58,732 bases of DNA from Candidatus Cryosericum sp. (GCA_035369785.1 DAOOUZ010000001.1:1-58732), one strand, 5' to 3'. Counted from the first letter of the stretch, positions 1 to 10,633 are shown. A program made the numbers and translations. Notes: generated from the sequence alone by a model not told the origin.

Positions 1-417
1 GCCATTATCGGCAGTTTGCTGCTTGTGCACGATGACAATATCCCCGGGTACAATGTGCTCGTCGATCATGGAGTCCCCCTTGACCTTGAGCCCGAAATAA
101 TCTGTGGTCGCTGGCGTCGGCGGAGTCACGAACATCCATTTCTCGATATTCTCCTCGGCCAGAATAGGAGTTCCTGCAGCAACAGTGCCCAGCACTGGAA
201 TCATGAGCGAGGGTGTAGCGGGGGTACCCTTGATGAGGTCGGGTTGAGGGAGGTACCCTTTGCGCTCGAGTGTCTTGACGTACATGACAACCGAGTTCAG
301 GGAATTGAAACCAAAATGCCGGCGTATATCTTCCAGGCTTGGACGGAATCCCGTCTGGCGCGCACGCGCCTCGATGAATTCCAGTACTGCCCGTTGCTTG
401 CTGGTCAGTTCTTCCAT
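1..417 (-). CDS. lexA: LexA SOS repressor (3' end beyond window edge)
   Basis: Manual translation from ATG at 417: MEELTSKQRAVLEFIEARARQTGFRPSLEDIRRHFGFNSLNSV...LERKGYL (wHTH), IPVLGTVAAGTPILAEENIE (Ala-Gly cleavage site), FGLKVKGDSM (catalytic Ser). Not in the ORF track because it runs off the edge. Confidence 0.96.
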   Translation of the reverse strand, partial: MEELTSKQRAVLEFIEARARQTGFRPSLEDIRRHFGFNSLNSVVMYVKTLERKGYLPQPDLIKGTPATPSLMIPVLGTVAAGTPILAEENIEKWMFVTPPTPATTDYFGLKVKGDSMIDEHIVPGDIVIVHKQQTADNG

Positions 418-432
418 CGCTCATCTCCACAA

Positions 433-466
433 TAGTGTAGGTACTACAACTGTAGTGTATACACTA
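433..466. promoter_or_regulatory. Two tandem TAGT-N6-ACTA boxes upstream of lexA (candidate LexA operators)
   Basis: TAGTGTAGGTACTA at 433-446 and perfect palindrome TAGTGTATACACTA at 453-466, 16-49 bp upstream of the lexA ATG. Confidence 0.65.
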
Positions 467-527
467 TCTAGAAAATGCAAGAGGGTAGAGCAAACGGACG
501 GCAGGGTTCGAGAAGCGATCTGCTTGA

Positions 528-1985
528 TCAGGAGCTTTGTTTCGGGAGTGGTGGAGCATTTGTCTGCCACTCTCGCAACAATCTGCTGCAGAGGCTGAAC
601 GCCTCCATGCCAAACCTCTCTCCGCATGCTGCAAGCAATCCGGCAAACGCTGCCTCCGCCTGCTCCGAGCCAACTGGCAGGGACTGAAGAATTCGGTCGG
701 TTTCCCTGGCACGTGCCTCGAGCGGCTGGATGGCGGCCTGGACCTCTTGCATGCGTCGAGCGTAGTCGTTGTCCACCGCAGTCGCAAACAGGCGGAAGGT
801 CCAGAATGCGGAACCTGCATCAAGGTGGTCCGGGTCAGCAATGGCATAGGGAGCCGGGTAGTCAGACCCCGCTTGTATCATGGCCAGGGGATACCATGGA
901 GTGTAAGGCAGCTCATCGGGGATTCCCGAGGCGCGCCATGCTGTTACAGAACGGGCTTGCGGGGTGCTGTCTTTGAACTCGGTGATGGAAGAGTCCTGCG
1001 TCGTCCAGACGGATATGGGGCGCATGGTTGTCTCAGTTACATTTCTGTGAAAGCTTCCTGGCAGTTCCAGAGCCCGCTGGATATCGTGGCCATAAGGAAT
1101 GACGCTGCGCAGACAGGCCGCTATGTCACCGATGCCCACAGGATGCTTTGGAACACATGAGAACGGCAGGTCGTCGAGTGGAAACTCCTGGCCTGTGAGC
1201 AGAAAGAGGCCGGTTTGCTGGCGGCTTGTGCTCATCGGGGATGTATTGACGTCAGGCGGGCCATAGACGTTCTTGAAGTCGAAAGGCATACCAGCCGATG
1301 GGTCGTACCAGCCGCGTTCTACAGCGTGAGCTTCCAGGTCCGAAGATGCCAGGACACGGCCTGTGTCTGCGAGGTTGACTGTTCGTGAAATGAGGTAGTT
1401 GGGAAGGACGATGACAGCACTATCCGGCACTCGTTCGGCCAGCCACTGGTGGCCTCCGGGAAGCTGGAGAATCCATGCCTCGTTGTGGTCAGCAATCGTA
1501 ATGATGCGGGCGTCGCAATAGCCCCAGGTTTCCACAAGCTGGCCTGCAATCAGGACGCCGTCACGTGCCGAGTGGGCCTGTTCAGCAATGAGCAGCGGAA
1601 GGAGGTGACCGATACTCCCCTGACTGAGCTCCGGCTGAACTTCGCGTGTCCCTGAGGCGCTGTCACAGCAGATACTGACGCCTTTGCTGTTCAGAAAGCT
1701 GTCGCCAAAGTCCTGGCCGGCCAGTTCTGTCCAGTCATATGCCAGGCTTTCGGCAGGGACAGGCAATACCAACGGAGTGTGCGGTTCACGGTATACGCAG
1801 GTTCCGTCTCTGAGAACTGTGGCAGACGGATGCTCGCTGGCGTTGACGATATGGTGCCGGACCGCCAGCCGGTGCGCATCATCTTCGTTGTGGCCCACAA
1901 CGACATGTCCGGACTCAGATGCACCTCTGCCGACAACAATAGTCGTGCAGTCAAGTTCCTCGGTGGAAACGTACCGCATGCCCAT
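528..1985 (-). CDS. C69 family dipeptidase (Ntn-hydrolase)
   Basis: CTTIVVGRGAS..G.VVVGHNED N-terminal nucleophile motif, GGHQWLAERVPD, PNY. Start ATG overlaps the stop of the upstream gene. Confidence 0.9.
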   Translation of the reverse strand: MGMRYVSTEELDCTTIVVGRGASESGHVVVGHNEDDAHRLAVRHHIVNASEHPSATVLRDGTCVYREPHTPLVLPVPAESLAYDWTELAGQDFGDSFLNSKGVSICCDSASGTREVQPELSQGSIGHLLPLLIAEQAHSARDGVLIAGQLVETWGYCDARIITIADHNEAWILQLPGGHQWLAERVPDSAVIVLPNYLISRTVNLADTGRVLASSDLEAHAVERGWYDPSAGMPFDFKNVYGPPDVNTSPMSTSRQQTGLFLLTGQEFPLDDLPFSCVPKHPVGIGDIAACLRSVIPYGHDIQRALELPGSFHRNVTETTMRPISVWTTQDSSITEFKDSTPQARSVTAWRASGIPDELPYTPWYPLAMIQAGSDYPAPYAIADPDHLDAGSAFWTFRLFATAVDNDYARRMQEVQAAIQPLEARARETDRILQSLPVGSEQAEAAFAGLLAACGERFGMEAFSLCSRLLREWQTNAPPLPKQSS

Positions 1986-3190
1986 CAGTTCGTGGTCAGT
2001 CTGGCTAGAGCACCGGCGATCCGATTGAGTCCTTCCTGCAACGTGGATCGTGGGCACGCGATGTTCATGCGTGCGAAGCCTTCCCCGCCGGGGCCGAACA
2101 CATAGCCTTCATCCAGACCCACCTTGGCCTGCGCGCGCAGGAAATCCGAGAGCTGCAGTGTGCTCATGCCGAGTGTGCGAAAGTCCAGCCACATGAGGTA
2201 TGTTCCCTCCAATGGAGTGACCTTGATCTCTGGCATATGGTCCTGAACAAACAACTGTACAAAGGTAACGTTCCCCTCAATATAGTGCAGCACCTGGGTG
2301 AGCCAGTCATCGCCGTCCCGGAATGCCGCCTCGAGCGCGACGTAGCCAAAGGGCGTAATGTTTCCGACGGATCCGCTGATGCGTCGTTGCATGGCTGCCC
2401 GCAGCCTGGGATTGGGGACAATGATGAAACTTGTCGCCAGGCCGGCGAGGTTGAATGTTTTTGATGGCGCCATGCAGGTTATTGTCTGCTGTTCGAGTTC
2501 AGGGCTCACGGTGGCTAGAGGAAGGTGCCGTGCACCATTCAGCAGGAGTTCGCAGTGGATTTCATCAGAAACTACGATAGCGTTGTGAGCCAGCGCTACC
2601 TCGCCGACTGCTTGCAGCTCGTCTCGTGTCCAAACTCGGCCAACAGGATTGTGCGGACTGCAAAGAATAATCATCTTAGTGCGCGATGGTGCGTGGGACA
2701 TGCCAGAAACTGCTGGTTGAAAGAGGCTGTTCAGGCCTTCGATGTCCATCACGTACTTTGTCCCATTCCGCCGCAGTTGATTTACTGCTACCTGGCAGCC
2801 ATTTTCTCGAACAGCTGACCAGAATGGATAGTAGACAGGACTCTGAAGAACAACTTCGTCTCCGGGGGATGTGAAGGAGCGCACTGCTGCATGAAGGGCA
2901 GGTACGACGCCAGGGGTAAACAGAATCCAGTCAGGGTCTACCTTCCAACGGTACTTTCTCCAGAGGCGTTCGGTAATGGCCTCGATTGTCGACGGTGTGG
3001 GACAGGAGTAGCCATAGCACTCATGTTGTGCGCGTCGGACCAGCGCCTCGGTAATCGGCCTCGCAATTGGAAAATCCATGTCGGCAATCCACATCGGGAG
3101 GATGCCCTCGCCGAATGTCTCGGCTGCCTGGTCCCACTTGACGCTGCCTGTGTTGCGCCGCTCAATGCCTCGATCGAAGTCGTAGTTCAT
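1985..3190 (-). CDS. patB: MalY/PatB family PLP-dependent C-S lyase/aminotransferase
   Basis: SVKWD, LPMWIADMDF, CSPHNPVGRVW, SDEIH, APSKTFNLAGL, GTYLMWLD, RMNIACP. Confidence 0.93.
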   Translation of the reverse strand: MNYDFDRGIERRNTGSVKWDQAAETFGEGILPMWIADMDFPIARPITEALVRRAQHECYGYSCPTPSTIEAITERLWRKYRWKVDPDWILFTPGVVPALHAAVRSFTSPGDEVVLQSPVYYPFWSAVRENGCQVAVNQLRRNGTKYVMDIEGLNSLFQPAVSGMSHAPSRTKMIILCSPHNPVGRVWTRDELQAVGEVALAHNAIVVSDEIHCELLLNGARHLPLATVSPELEQQTITCMAPSKTFNLAGLATSFIIVPNPRLRAAMQRRISGSVGNITPFGYVALEAAFRDGDDWLTQVLHYIEGNVTFVQLFVQDHMPEIKVTPLEGTYLMWLDFRTLGMSTLQLSDFLRAQAKVGLDEGYVFGPGGEGFARMNIACPRSTLQEGLNRIAGALARLTTN

Positions 3191-3262
3191 TCCCTCTCCT
3201 CGTTTTCTGCCTCGTGGCGTGTGCTTTCCATCAACGCATGGACAGTATAGCTGCGTTTCCAG

Positions 3263-3841
3263 CTAGCGTGGCAGCACTCGTGCAACGCTGAAAGCCACAA
3301 GGGTTGCCATGACGGCCATGCCTGCGCCCACGCACACCTGTGCGGGCGAGTGCTCCTTGATGCTGACCTTTGCCTTGCCAACTACCAGAAGGAGCAGAAA
3401 TGCGAGGGCCCCCGGCCACCCATAGAGGATGGTCAAGGCAGTTGCCGGACCAGCAATGCCTGCACCGTGCCCCGATGCCTTGTAATGGAGAAGGTTGACC
3501 AGACTCAATCCGATGACGGTGAACAGGTACGACAGCATGAGCGCCAGGTTCTGGCGGGACGACCGAAAGAAGACGAGCATGACGACAGTGCCAATCACGT
3601 ATCCTGCGAGGCTCGTGATGAAGCCAACCTTCCGCTCTCCTGCATAGTCGCCTGGGTGGCGAATCATGTAGAACCAGGCACTCAACGGAATGAGACCAAG
3701 ACACAACACTCCCGTGAGACAAGCGCCCAGGTTCCTGTAGGCCGGGCTCACAGCATATACCAGGATGAACGTCAGGATGGCGAAAACTGGAGGGTCGAGC
3801 AGAAATGTGACCAGACGCATACGCCTCTTTTCGGTAAGCAT
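3263..3841 (-). CDS. PAP2-like integral membrane protein
   Basis: Multiple hydrophobic helices; KASGHGAG and EHSPAQVCVG resemble the PAP2 SGH and His motifs; AGGAG RBS before ATG 3841. Confidence 0.6.
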   Translation of the reverse strand: MLTEKRRMRLVTFLLDPPVFAILTFILVYAVSPAYRNLGACLTGVLCLGLIPLSAWFYMIRHPGDYAGERKVGFITSLAGYVIGTVVMLVFFRSSRQNLALMLSYLFTVIGLSLVNLLHYKASGHGAGIAGPATALTILYGWPGALAFLLLLVVGKAKVSIKEHSPAQVCVGAGMAVMATLVAFSVARVLPR

Positions 3842-3965
3842 TGGGCACTCCTTTTGCTGGGATGACGACTCAAGTATAGACAGAAATCGTTGATGTGGTG
3901 CCAGGAGCATATCGTTTGGACGATGTACCGGAGCCCGGTGCTGAATGCTGCAGGGTCGACCGTTC

Positions 3966-5222
3966 TCAGCGTCGGGTAACGCGCACCTTCTCTACCTCAT
4001 CAATGGGGACTGCCTCTGTGTGCGGGATGGTGTACCAGGTCGTCCGCCGATAGACGAGCACAATGACATTGAGCAACGACCAGAGGTACATGTACAAGGG
4101 AAACCCCAACGTCGCCAGCAGGTCACCTGCCCAGTTCTTCTGTTCGACGTGGAGCAGGACACGGGTCAGAAGAACTGTCGCTGCATATCCCACGGCCGTT
4201 CCTATGGCAGACGAGACGACAAAGGTGTGAAACGTAGCCGGCGACACGGCACTGAGCGCAAAGAGGACCATGCCACTCGCTGTCGAGAGACCTGTGATGA
4301 CGACACCCAGGTCGTAGAGGATGGCGTCCGTCACCCTGTGGTCTCCATGAATGAAACTCCGGAGGAGCTGAGGCAGGCTGGTAAACATGGTCTGGAAACT
4401 TCCAACCGACCACCGGTAATGCTGGCGCACCGACTGCCACACTGTCTCTGGCTGTTCATCGTAGAAAATGGCATCCGGCGCATAGGCGATAAAGTAGCCC
4501 CGGGCGATGCTGTTCAGGCTGAACTCGATATCTTCGCAGATGGACCGTGTCTTCCATCCATCCTCGCCCAACACTCCCAGCTCGAACATGAAGCCCGTGC
4601 CACCAACAGAGCAGCAGGGCAGGTGCATGCGTGCCCGAGGGACGTAGAAGCAGCGCGTCTGAAGCAGCCAGAAGATGCTGCCGCAGCCGGCAATCCATGA
4701 AGAAGACGGGTTTTTGCCAAGACGACGGCCGGTAGCGATGTGATTCCCGGCGCTGAGCTCGCGGTCCATCGCCGCCAGAAACTGTGCATGGACAACATTG
4801 TCGGCATCAAACATGACACATGCATCGTACCGGTCCCGCCATTCGGACAGACAGCGATCGAACACCCATGTTAGCGCGTGGCCCTTCGTCTGATGCTGCA
4901 GGTCATGGCGTTCGAACACGGTCGCACCCATGGCCCGGGCTGCATCAGCCGTGCGGTCAGTGCTGTTGTCGGCGACGACGAACACATCGAACAGGTCGGC
5001 TGGGTAGTCCTGTTGTCGGAGGCTCCCAATGAGCTCACCTATCACTCTCTCCTCGTTCCGTGCGCAGATGAGCACCGCAAAGCGGTGACGCGTGCCGGAG
5101 TTGCCTGGGACTGGCGGGGGACTCCCGAACATGTGGAGGGCGATGAACGCCATGTAGGCCCCGTAGACCGCCGACAGTGCCAGGACTGTTTCACACACGA
5201 TCCGAAGAACGTCAGCGCCCAA
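3966..5222 (-). CDS. Membrane-anchored GT2 glycosyltransferase (D,D,D,QxxRW type)
   Basis: ARNEE, ADNSTD, KGHAL, FDADN, ICEDIE, QHYRW, C-terminal TM helices; probable TTG start at 5222 after GGAGG. Confidence 0.9.
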   Translation of the reverse strand: MGADVLRIVCETVLALSAVYGAYMAFIALHMFGSPPPVPGNSGTRHRFAVLICARNEERVIGELIGSLRQQDYPADLFDVFVVADNSTDRTADAARAMGATVFERHDLQHQTKGHALTWVFDRCLSEWRDRYDACVMFDADNVVHAQFLAAMDRELSAGNHIATGRRLGKNPSSSWIAGCGSIFWLLQTRCFYVPRARMHLPCCSVGGTGFMFELGVLGEDGWKTRSICEDIEFSLNSIARGYFIAYAPDAIFYDEQPETVWQSVRQHYRWSVGSFQTMFTSLPQLLRSFIHGDHRVTDAILYDLGVVITGLSTASGMVLFALSAVSPATFHTFVVSSAIGTAVGYAATVLLTRVLLHVEQKNWAGDLLATLGFPLYMYLWSLLNVIVLVYRRTTWYTIPHTEAVPIDEVEKVRVTRR

Positions 5223-6162
5223 GAAACTCGTCCTCCGTGGGTGATGCCTCGGCAAACGGGGCGCTGCCCCCCTGTGGCGGTGTCTGGAGGGAACGGAAGC
5301 CCTCGTGAATCTCACGAATCAGCTCTCGCCGCTCTGCCGGCGAAATGCTCGTCTCTTGTACCGTTACCTGGATGAGGAGTTGTGCTTCTGCTAGCCGCAG
5401 GAAACTCCGGTACTGCCGTTGCCACGCCTCCCACAGATGCTCGCGGAACAGGAACTGCCGGATGATGTCGACGGCCTGAAGGTAGTCCCGGATATTCTTG
5501 GGACCGAAGTTGCCCGTTATGCTGGTTCGACGCAGACAGTAGTGGTAGTAGGGCTTCTGAACCACAGCGACAGTCCGAGCTCGCAGGAGGACTCTGGGCA
5601 TGGTCGCAATGTCTTCGTAGTAGATAGCTGGGAAACGAATGTCCTCAGCGGTAAACAGTTCCCTGCGATACAACTTGTTCCACGCAAATGCCGGCAACCG
5701 CAGCAGGTTGAGGGAAGCCTGTGCAGCCTCCTCCCCCGAAAGACTGCTCTGTAATGTCAGCAGAGGAAAGGGGACGCGGAAGCCATTGGGAAAATCCACG
5801 AAAAAGTCGCAGATTGCAACATCTGCCTGGCGAGCTTCGGCGACCGAGACCAGCCCGCCAACAAACCCTGGCTCGACGTAATCATCAGAGTCAACAAGGG
5901 CGACGTATCTGCCGCTCGCCATTCTGATACCGTTGTTGCGCGCAGCCCCCAATCCCTGATTTCGCTGGTGAAGCGTTTGGATGAACGGATATCGCGCGCC
6001 ATAGTCATCAATGATGGCTGGGCATCCGTCGGGCGAACCGTCGTCCACGATGACCAGCTCAATCGGGCGGTAGTCCTGAGCGACAATGGAATCCAGGCAG
6101 CGAGGCAGGTACTTCTCGACGTTGTATACGGGCACGACAATACTGACAACCGGGTTTGCCAT
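5212..6162 (-). CDS. Soluble GT2 glycosyltransferase
   Basis: VSIVVPVYNVEKYL, VDDGSPD, NQGLGAARN, VDSDD, AWNKLY, YED. Confidence 0.95.
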   Translation of the reverse strand: MANPVVSIVVPVYNVEKYLPRCLDSIVAQDYRPIELVIVDDGSPDGCPAIIDDYGARYPFIQTLHQRNQGLGAARNNGIRMASGRYVALVDSDDYVEPGFVGGLVSVAEARQADVAICDFFVDFPNGFRVPFPLLTLQSSLSGEEAAQASLNLLRLPAFAWNKLYRRELFTAEDIRFPAIYYEDIATMPRVLLRARTVAVVQKPYYHYCLRRTSITGNFGPKNIRDYLQAVDIIRQFLFREHLWEAWQRQYRSFLRLAEAQLLIQVTVQETSISPAERRELIREIHEGFRSLQTPPQGGSAPFAEASPTEDEFLGR

Positions 6163-6411
6163 GGTTCAGCGTACTCTTCTGGGCAGCGCCCTGTTTCTGG
6201 TCATCACACCAGGCATCCTGTCCCCGCGGTACAAAACAGCCGGTCGTGTACAATGGATATCGGGCATCATTGCGTGTCACCGCTTCCGGCCGATGGTCCC
6301 GCACAACGGGCGTCATACAACCGGTCCTCTCAGTTCACAAAGTGGTTCTGTTGAGCAAAGAAAGTATACTGACTTTCTACCACGTCGTATGAAAGGGGTG
6401 CGTTTCCGATC

Positions 6412-6918
6412 GTGACAACAGATGCGGCTACTCGTCTTGTGCTTCTTGACATCCTTCTCTACGCTGCATTTCAGACTATCCGCATCGGGACAGATCGCCT
6501 CCTTCCGGCGAGCTGGATCAACCCAGATTCCTGGTATTTCAGGCCAAAGACATGGGAGCGGGGCGGACGGTTCTACGAGGACCACTTTCATATCAACCGA
6601 TGGAAAGATCGAGTTCCGGCGGTCGACGGATTCAATGCCGTTTCCAAGAAGAGACTTGGAGGTGTGTCGGCAGACTACCTGCGACAATTCGTCGTCGAAA
6701 CATGCCGTGGGGAGTCTCATCACGTGCGAACAATCGTCGAGACAGCCGTCTTTGCCCTCTGGAATCCACCATCCATCTTCTGGGCAGTCTTCATCATTGG
6801 GGGTCTGTGCCAACTTCCTTTCATCATGGTACAACGCTACAACAGGCCTCGGCTTGAGGAACTCCTGGCAGAGGTCGCGCGTAGCAAGCGGGCCAGTTCT
6901 GTCAGCGTCTCTGCCTGA
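6412..6918 (+). CDS. CrtO-like (glycosyl-4,4'-diaponeurosporenoate) acyltransferase family protein
   Basis: WERGGRFYE..F.I..WKD.VP, L..F..ETCRGE..H, LPFI.VQRYNRPRL. Confidence 0.8.
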   Translation: MTTDAATRLVLLDILLYAAFQTIRIGTDRLLPASWINPDSWYFRPKTWERGGRFYEDHFHINRWKDRVPAVDGFNAVSKKRLGGVSADYLRQFVVETCRGESHHVRTIVETAVFALWNPPSIFWAVFIIGGLCQLPFIMVQRYNRPRLEELLAEVARSKRASSVSVSA

Positions 6919-6939
6919 CCATCGCGTGTTGCTCTGGGA

Positions 6940-7002
6940 TGGAGGGCAGGCACCGCAATAGAGACCACAGTATCCGTGCAGGAGAAATCCAGAATCGATC
7001 AT
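6940..7002 (-). pseudogene. 5' remnant of a DUF3795-like Cys-rich gene
   Basis: MIDSGFLLHGYCGLYCGACP, after which the frame continues antisense into the crtO-like gene. Confidence 0.4.
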
Positions 7003-7056
7003 CTCCTCTGCGCTCGTGCCCGACGTCTTCGCGTATCATCTGAAAGCCTCGACGGC

Positions 7057-7090
7057 GCTCGCACCCGGGAGGTTACGACCGGGTGCGAGC
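7057..7090. terminator. GC-rich hairpin downstream of the surface protein gene
   Basis: GCTCGCACCCGG-10 nt-CCGGGTGCGAGC. Confidence 0.6.
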
Positions 7091-7109
7091 ATTCTCCCAG
7101 GACCCGCCG

Positions 7110-10100
7110 TTATGATGCGGGCCCTGTGATCGTAATGGTCTTCGTGGGCGCTTCCCACTGGACATCGGCGCCGAGCTGCTCGGCGACGAAGCGTACGGGC
7201 AGCATGGTCCGGCCGCTAACGATGAGCGGGACGACTTTGGGGTTCGTCGCGTCGATTGGAACGTAACTGCCATTGATCCGGGCCTGGCTCTTCCCGATCC
7301 AGAGCTCAAGAACCGTACCATTCAGCGAGATTGTCACCTTGCGATTGGACGGGCTCCACTCGACAGTAGCTCCGAGTGGCTCCGCGACCCACTTGATAGG
7401 CAGCAGCGTCCGGCCCTCGATGATCTGTGGCGCCACGTCGATGGTCGCGGATGCTCCATCGACTGACATCTGTGTGCTTGCCACATGCAGCACGAGCTTC
7501 GTCTGGTGCGTCGGAGGAGGCGTTGCTGCGCGAACCGCAAAGGACTGAACAGGCGACCAAGCAGACGCAAGAACAGCGCCCACAGCGCGCACCCGCCAGA
7601 ACGTCATACCTGATGTCGCGAGATCTGCACGGCCAAGCAGAGCCGACGTACCTGAGACACCGTGCTTGTCCAGGATGAGCTTGCCGAAGTCCGCGCTGGC
7701 AGAAGTCTGCACGTCGAATGTTGTGCCATCGCCGGGAACGGCAGACCAGGCCAGCGTGACGGATCCGGCATCGACCGTCGAGCCCGCGGCCGGCTGGGTT
7801 GGCACCGGCGACGCAGGTGTGACCAGATCGCTGGTCCACATGACGGTATCGCTGCTGCCGACGGCCACAAATCGACCTGCGCGCGCTGCACACCCGTACA
7901 GGATCTCCCTGGTCGGTGATGGCAAAACGCTCCAATGCGTAACGTCGGAGGAGACGACGGTTGTGCCTTTGTCCCCCACGGCCACGAGCAAACCATCCTG
8001 TGACGCCACAGCAAACAGTGCGGTCGTCGTTCCCGACTTCTGCTGTGTCCACGTCACGCCGTCCGTCGATGTCAGGAGGGTTCCGTTCCCGCCGGCGGCG
8101 GCGAACCTTCCGCCGACCCAGGCAACATCATTGAGGTCAGCCGTGACGCCTGTTGCAACCTGCTTCCAGGAGTGCCCGTCAACAGACGTCGCTGCGGTCC
8201 CGTTCCGCCCGACAGCAACGAAAACGCCAGCGCCAAACGCCACGGCATCAACGTCGATGTCCAGCCCCGTCTCCCCGGCCGTCCATCCCTGTCCATCGTC
8301 CGATGTCACGACGACGTGGTTATCGCCGATGGCCACCACGTGGCCCCCGCCTGCCGCAACGCTCGTGAGTGTTTCGTCTGTCACGGGTTCTACCACCGTC
8401 CATGTCGTGAGGTTCGAGGAGGTCATGACCAAGCCAAACTCTCCAACCACCACAGCGCCGACGGGGGTCGAAGCGACGTCCCACAGCCATCCTGAAGCAC
8501 CGGTAGGACGTCGCTGCCAGAGAATACCATCATTTGATGTCTGGACACGCCCGAGCTCACCGACTGCCACCAGGCCCGAGGCGGTGTCCGCGACCGCCGT
8601 CAGCGTCACATCTTCGCTGGAGCTGTCGACCGTGCCTGCCCAGGTCACACCGTTATCGTACGACAGCGATATGCCGCTCATCGACGTGGTCGCCACAAAC
8701 GCACGGTCATCGCCGTAGACGCACATGTAGTCCTCGTGCATCAGGCGACTTGCCGCGGAGTTAGTGCCTCCGCCCTTAGTAGTTCCCGTATTACCCGAGG
8801 TCGCCACATTCCAGGATGAGCCATCCTGCGAGACGGCGATCGTCTGAGCATCTCCGACGGCGACAAACACACCGCGGGCGAAGGCGACTGCCCGGGCCGG
8901 CTCTCCGGCGAAGACCGGAACCGAGGGGGTCCACGCCAGACCATCCTCGGAGTACCATACCTCTCCGTCACTGTCCGCGACAGCAACGAAGCGACCATTG
9001 CCGTAGGCAATCTGCGCGAGCCACCTGGACCCGCTGGGCTCGCCGATAGGGACCGGTGTGGAAGGATAGATCGGGTCCACGCCCGCAAGCTGGGTGATCG
9101 GGATGCACGTGACGATGGTCCCGGCAGACTTCTTGCCGATGTCTGCTCCCATGACGACGAGCGTGTCGCGCCCGCCAGCCGCGCTCCAGTACATCAGGTT
9201 GGTTTGTGCTGGCACTCGGCGTGTCCAGACATGGCCGTCCGGAGATGTCAGGATGGTTCCGTTGTTGCCTACCGCCACGAACTGGCCGCTGACCCGCACG
9301 ACAGCCATGAGCGAGTCTTGGGTGCCACTCTGCTCGACCGTCCATGTGTGGGCGTCTTCTGACCTCAAAATGACCCCGTAGCTACCCACGGCGACAAACA
9401 CACCATCCCCGTGGCGGCGCTGTACAGGTCATCCTGCCACTGCTCGTAGTACTCATTCGTCCGGGGCACCTGGGGATTGACCTCGTGCTGCCACGTCACG
9501 CCGTCGGGCGAGCTATAGACAGCTCCGTTGAAGTTATCCTCGGTCCCGACGCCAACATAGGTCCCTGCTCCGCTCGTCATGCCAAGGATCACGGCGTTTC
9601 GTGCGGACGTTCGGTTGGTCCACCGCATACCGTCGGGCGAGGTCTGTGCAGAACCACTGTCGCCGAATGACACGAGCAGCGACCCTGTCCACAACATGCC
9701 CCTCACCCAGCTCGAACGCTTCCAGATGTAGCTCTGCTGCCACCTCAAGTCCTTCCAGGACGTGCCGTCGGTGGAGCGGAAGTAGAACACCGCCCAACGC
9801 GTTGGAACGTCGTAGGTCTGCAAAATGGCGTCATGGTTGGCTGCAAGGATGAACGCATCGCCCGCATAGGCGACAGCGGCGAACGTCAGATCCTCGTACG
9901 CGGCCTCCTGCCGGGTCCACGTCAGACCGTCCGACGACGTCAAGATGAGCGATCCGCCGCCCGCGGCGACGAACTTGTCCTTGCCCCAGGCAACGCTGTA
10001 CAGGTCTTCCTGAGCGGCAAACGTGCTGTCCTGCCAAGTGAGGCCGTCTGCCGACGTGATGATTGCTCCATCCTGACCCACGGCGACGAACCTTCCGCCA

Positions 10101-10633
10101 CCCCAGGTGATGTGGTACAGGTTCCTATTCACCGGCGCTGTCAACACCGTCCAGGCGACGCTGTCCGTCGACCGCACGATCGTCCCATCTGCGCCGACTG
10201 CCACATAGACACCATTTCCATATGCAATGCCAGCAAGCCCGGCGTCTACCGCAATCTCCCGTTGGTCCCATGTACGCCCATCGGCCGACACGTACAACGT
10301 CCCTTCATCTCCGACGGCGATATAGCGGCCCGCTCCCCAGCAAATACCGTAGAGGTCCTGGCTTGTGAACTGATTGATGGACTCCCAGTGGGCAAGATCC
10401 CTGGAGACTGCCACCGCACCCCTGGTACCGACGTTCACCATGAGGGCGCCGTTGGTTGCTCCATCCGTGTACGAGATGTTCTGAGCCTTCTGCCCTGCGA
10501 GATGCCATACGGAAGCCGTGTCAGCAGCGCTCGCGACTGCCAACGGAGATATGATCTGGAACACGAGTGCGATCATGAGAAAAATCGCGAGACAGATGTC
10601 TGCAACCATTTCACGATGCCTGTAAAGAACCAT
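7110..10633 (-). pseudogene. Secreted beta-propeller (BNR/YCF48-like repeat) surface protein with Ig/FN3-like and C-terminal copper-amine-oxidase-N (stalk) domain; split by a 1-bp frameshift near 9410
   Basis: ORFs 9365..10633 (signal peptide, repeats xAVGxxGxIxxSxDGxxW) and 7110..9401 (same repeats, then APQIIEGRTLLPIKWVAEPLGA.VEW...GRTMLPVRFVAE.LGA.V.W). One added base at 9407-9413 joins them. Confidence 0.85.

Noticed and set aside
5-435. ORFs 16..435(+) and 5..430(-)
   Set aside because: Shadow frames of lexA, which is in another minus frame.
7666-8718. 350-aa Thr/Ser/Pro-rich plus-strand ORF
   Set aside because: Antisense shadow of the propeller gene.
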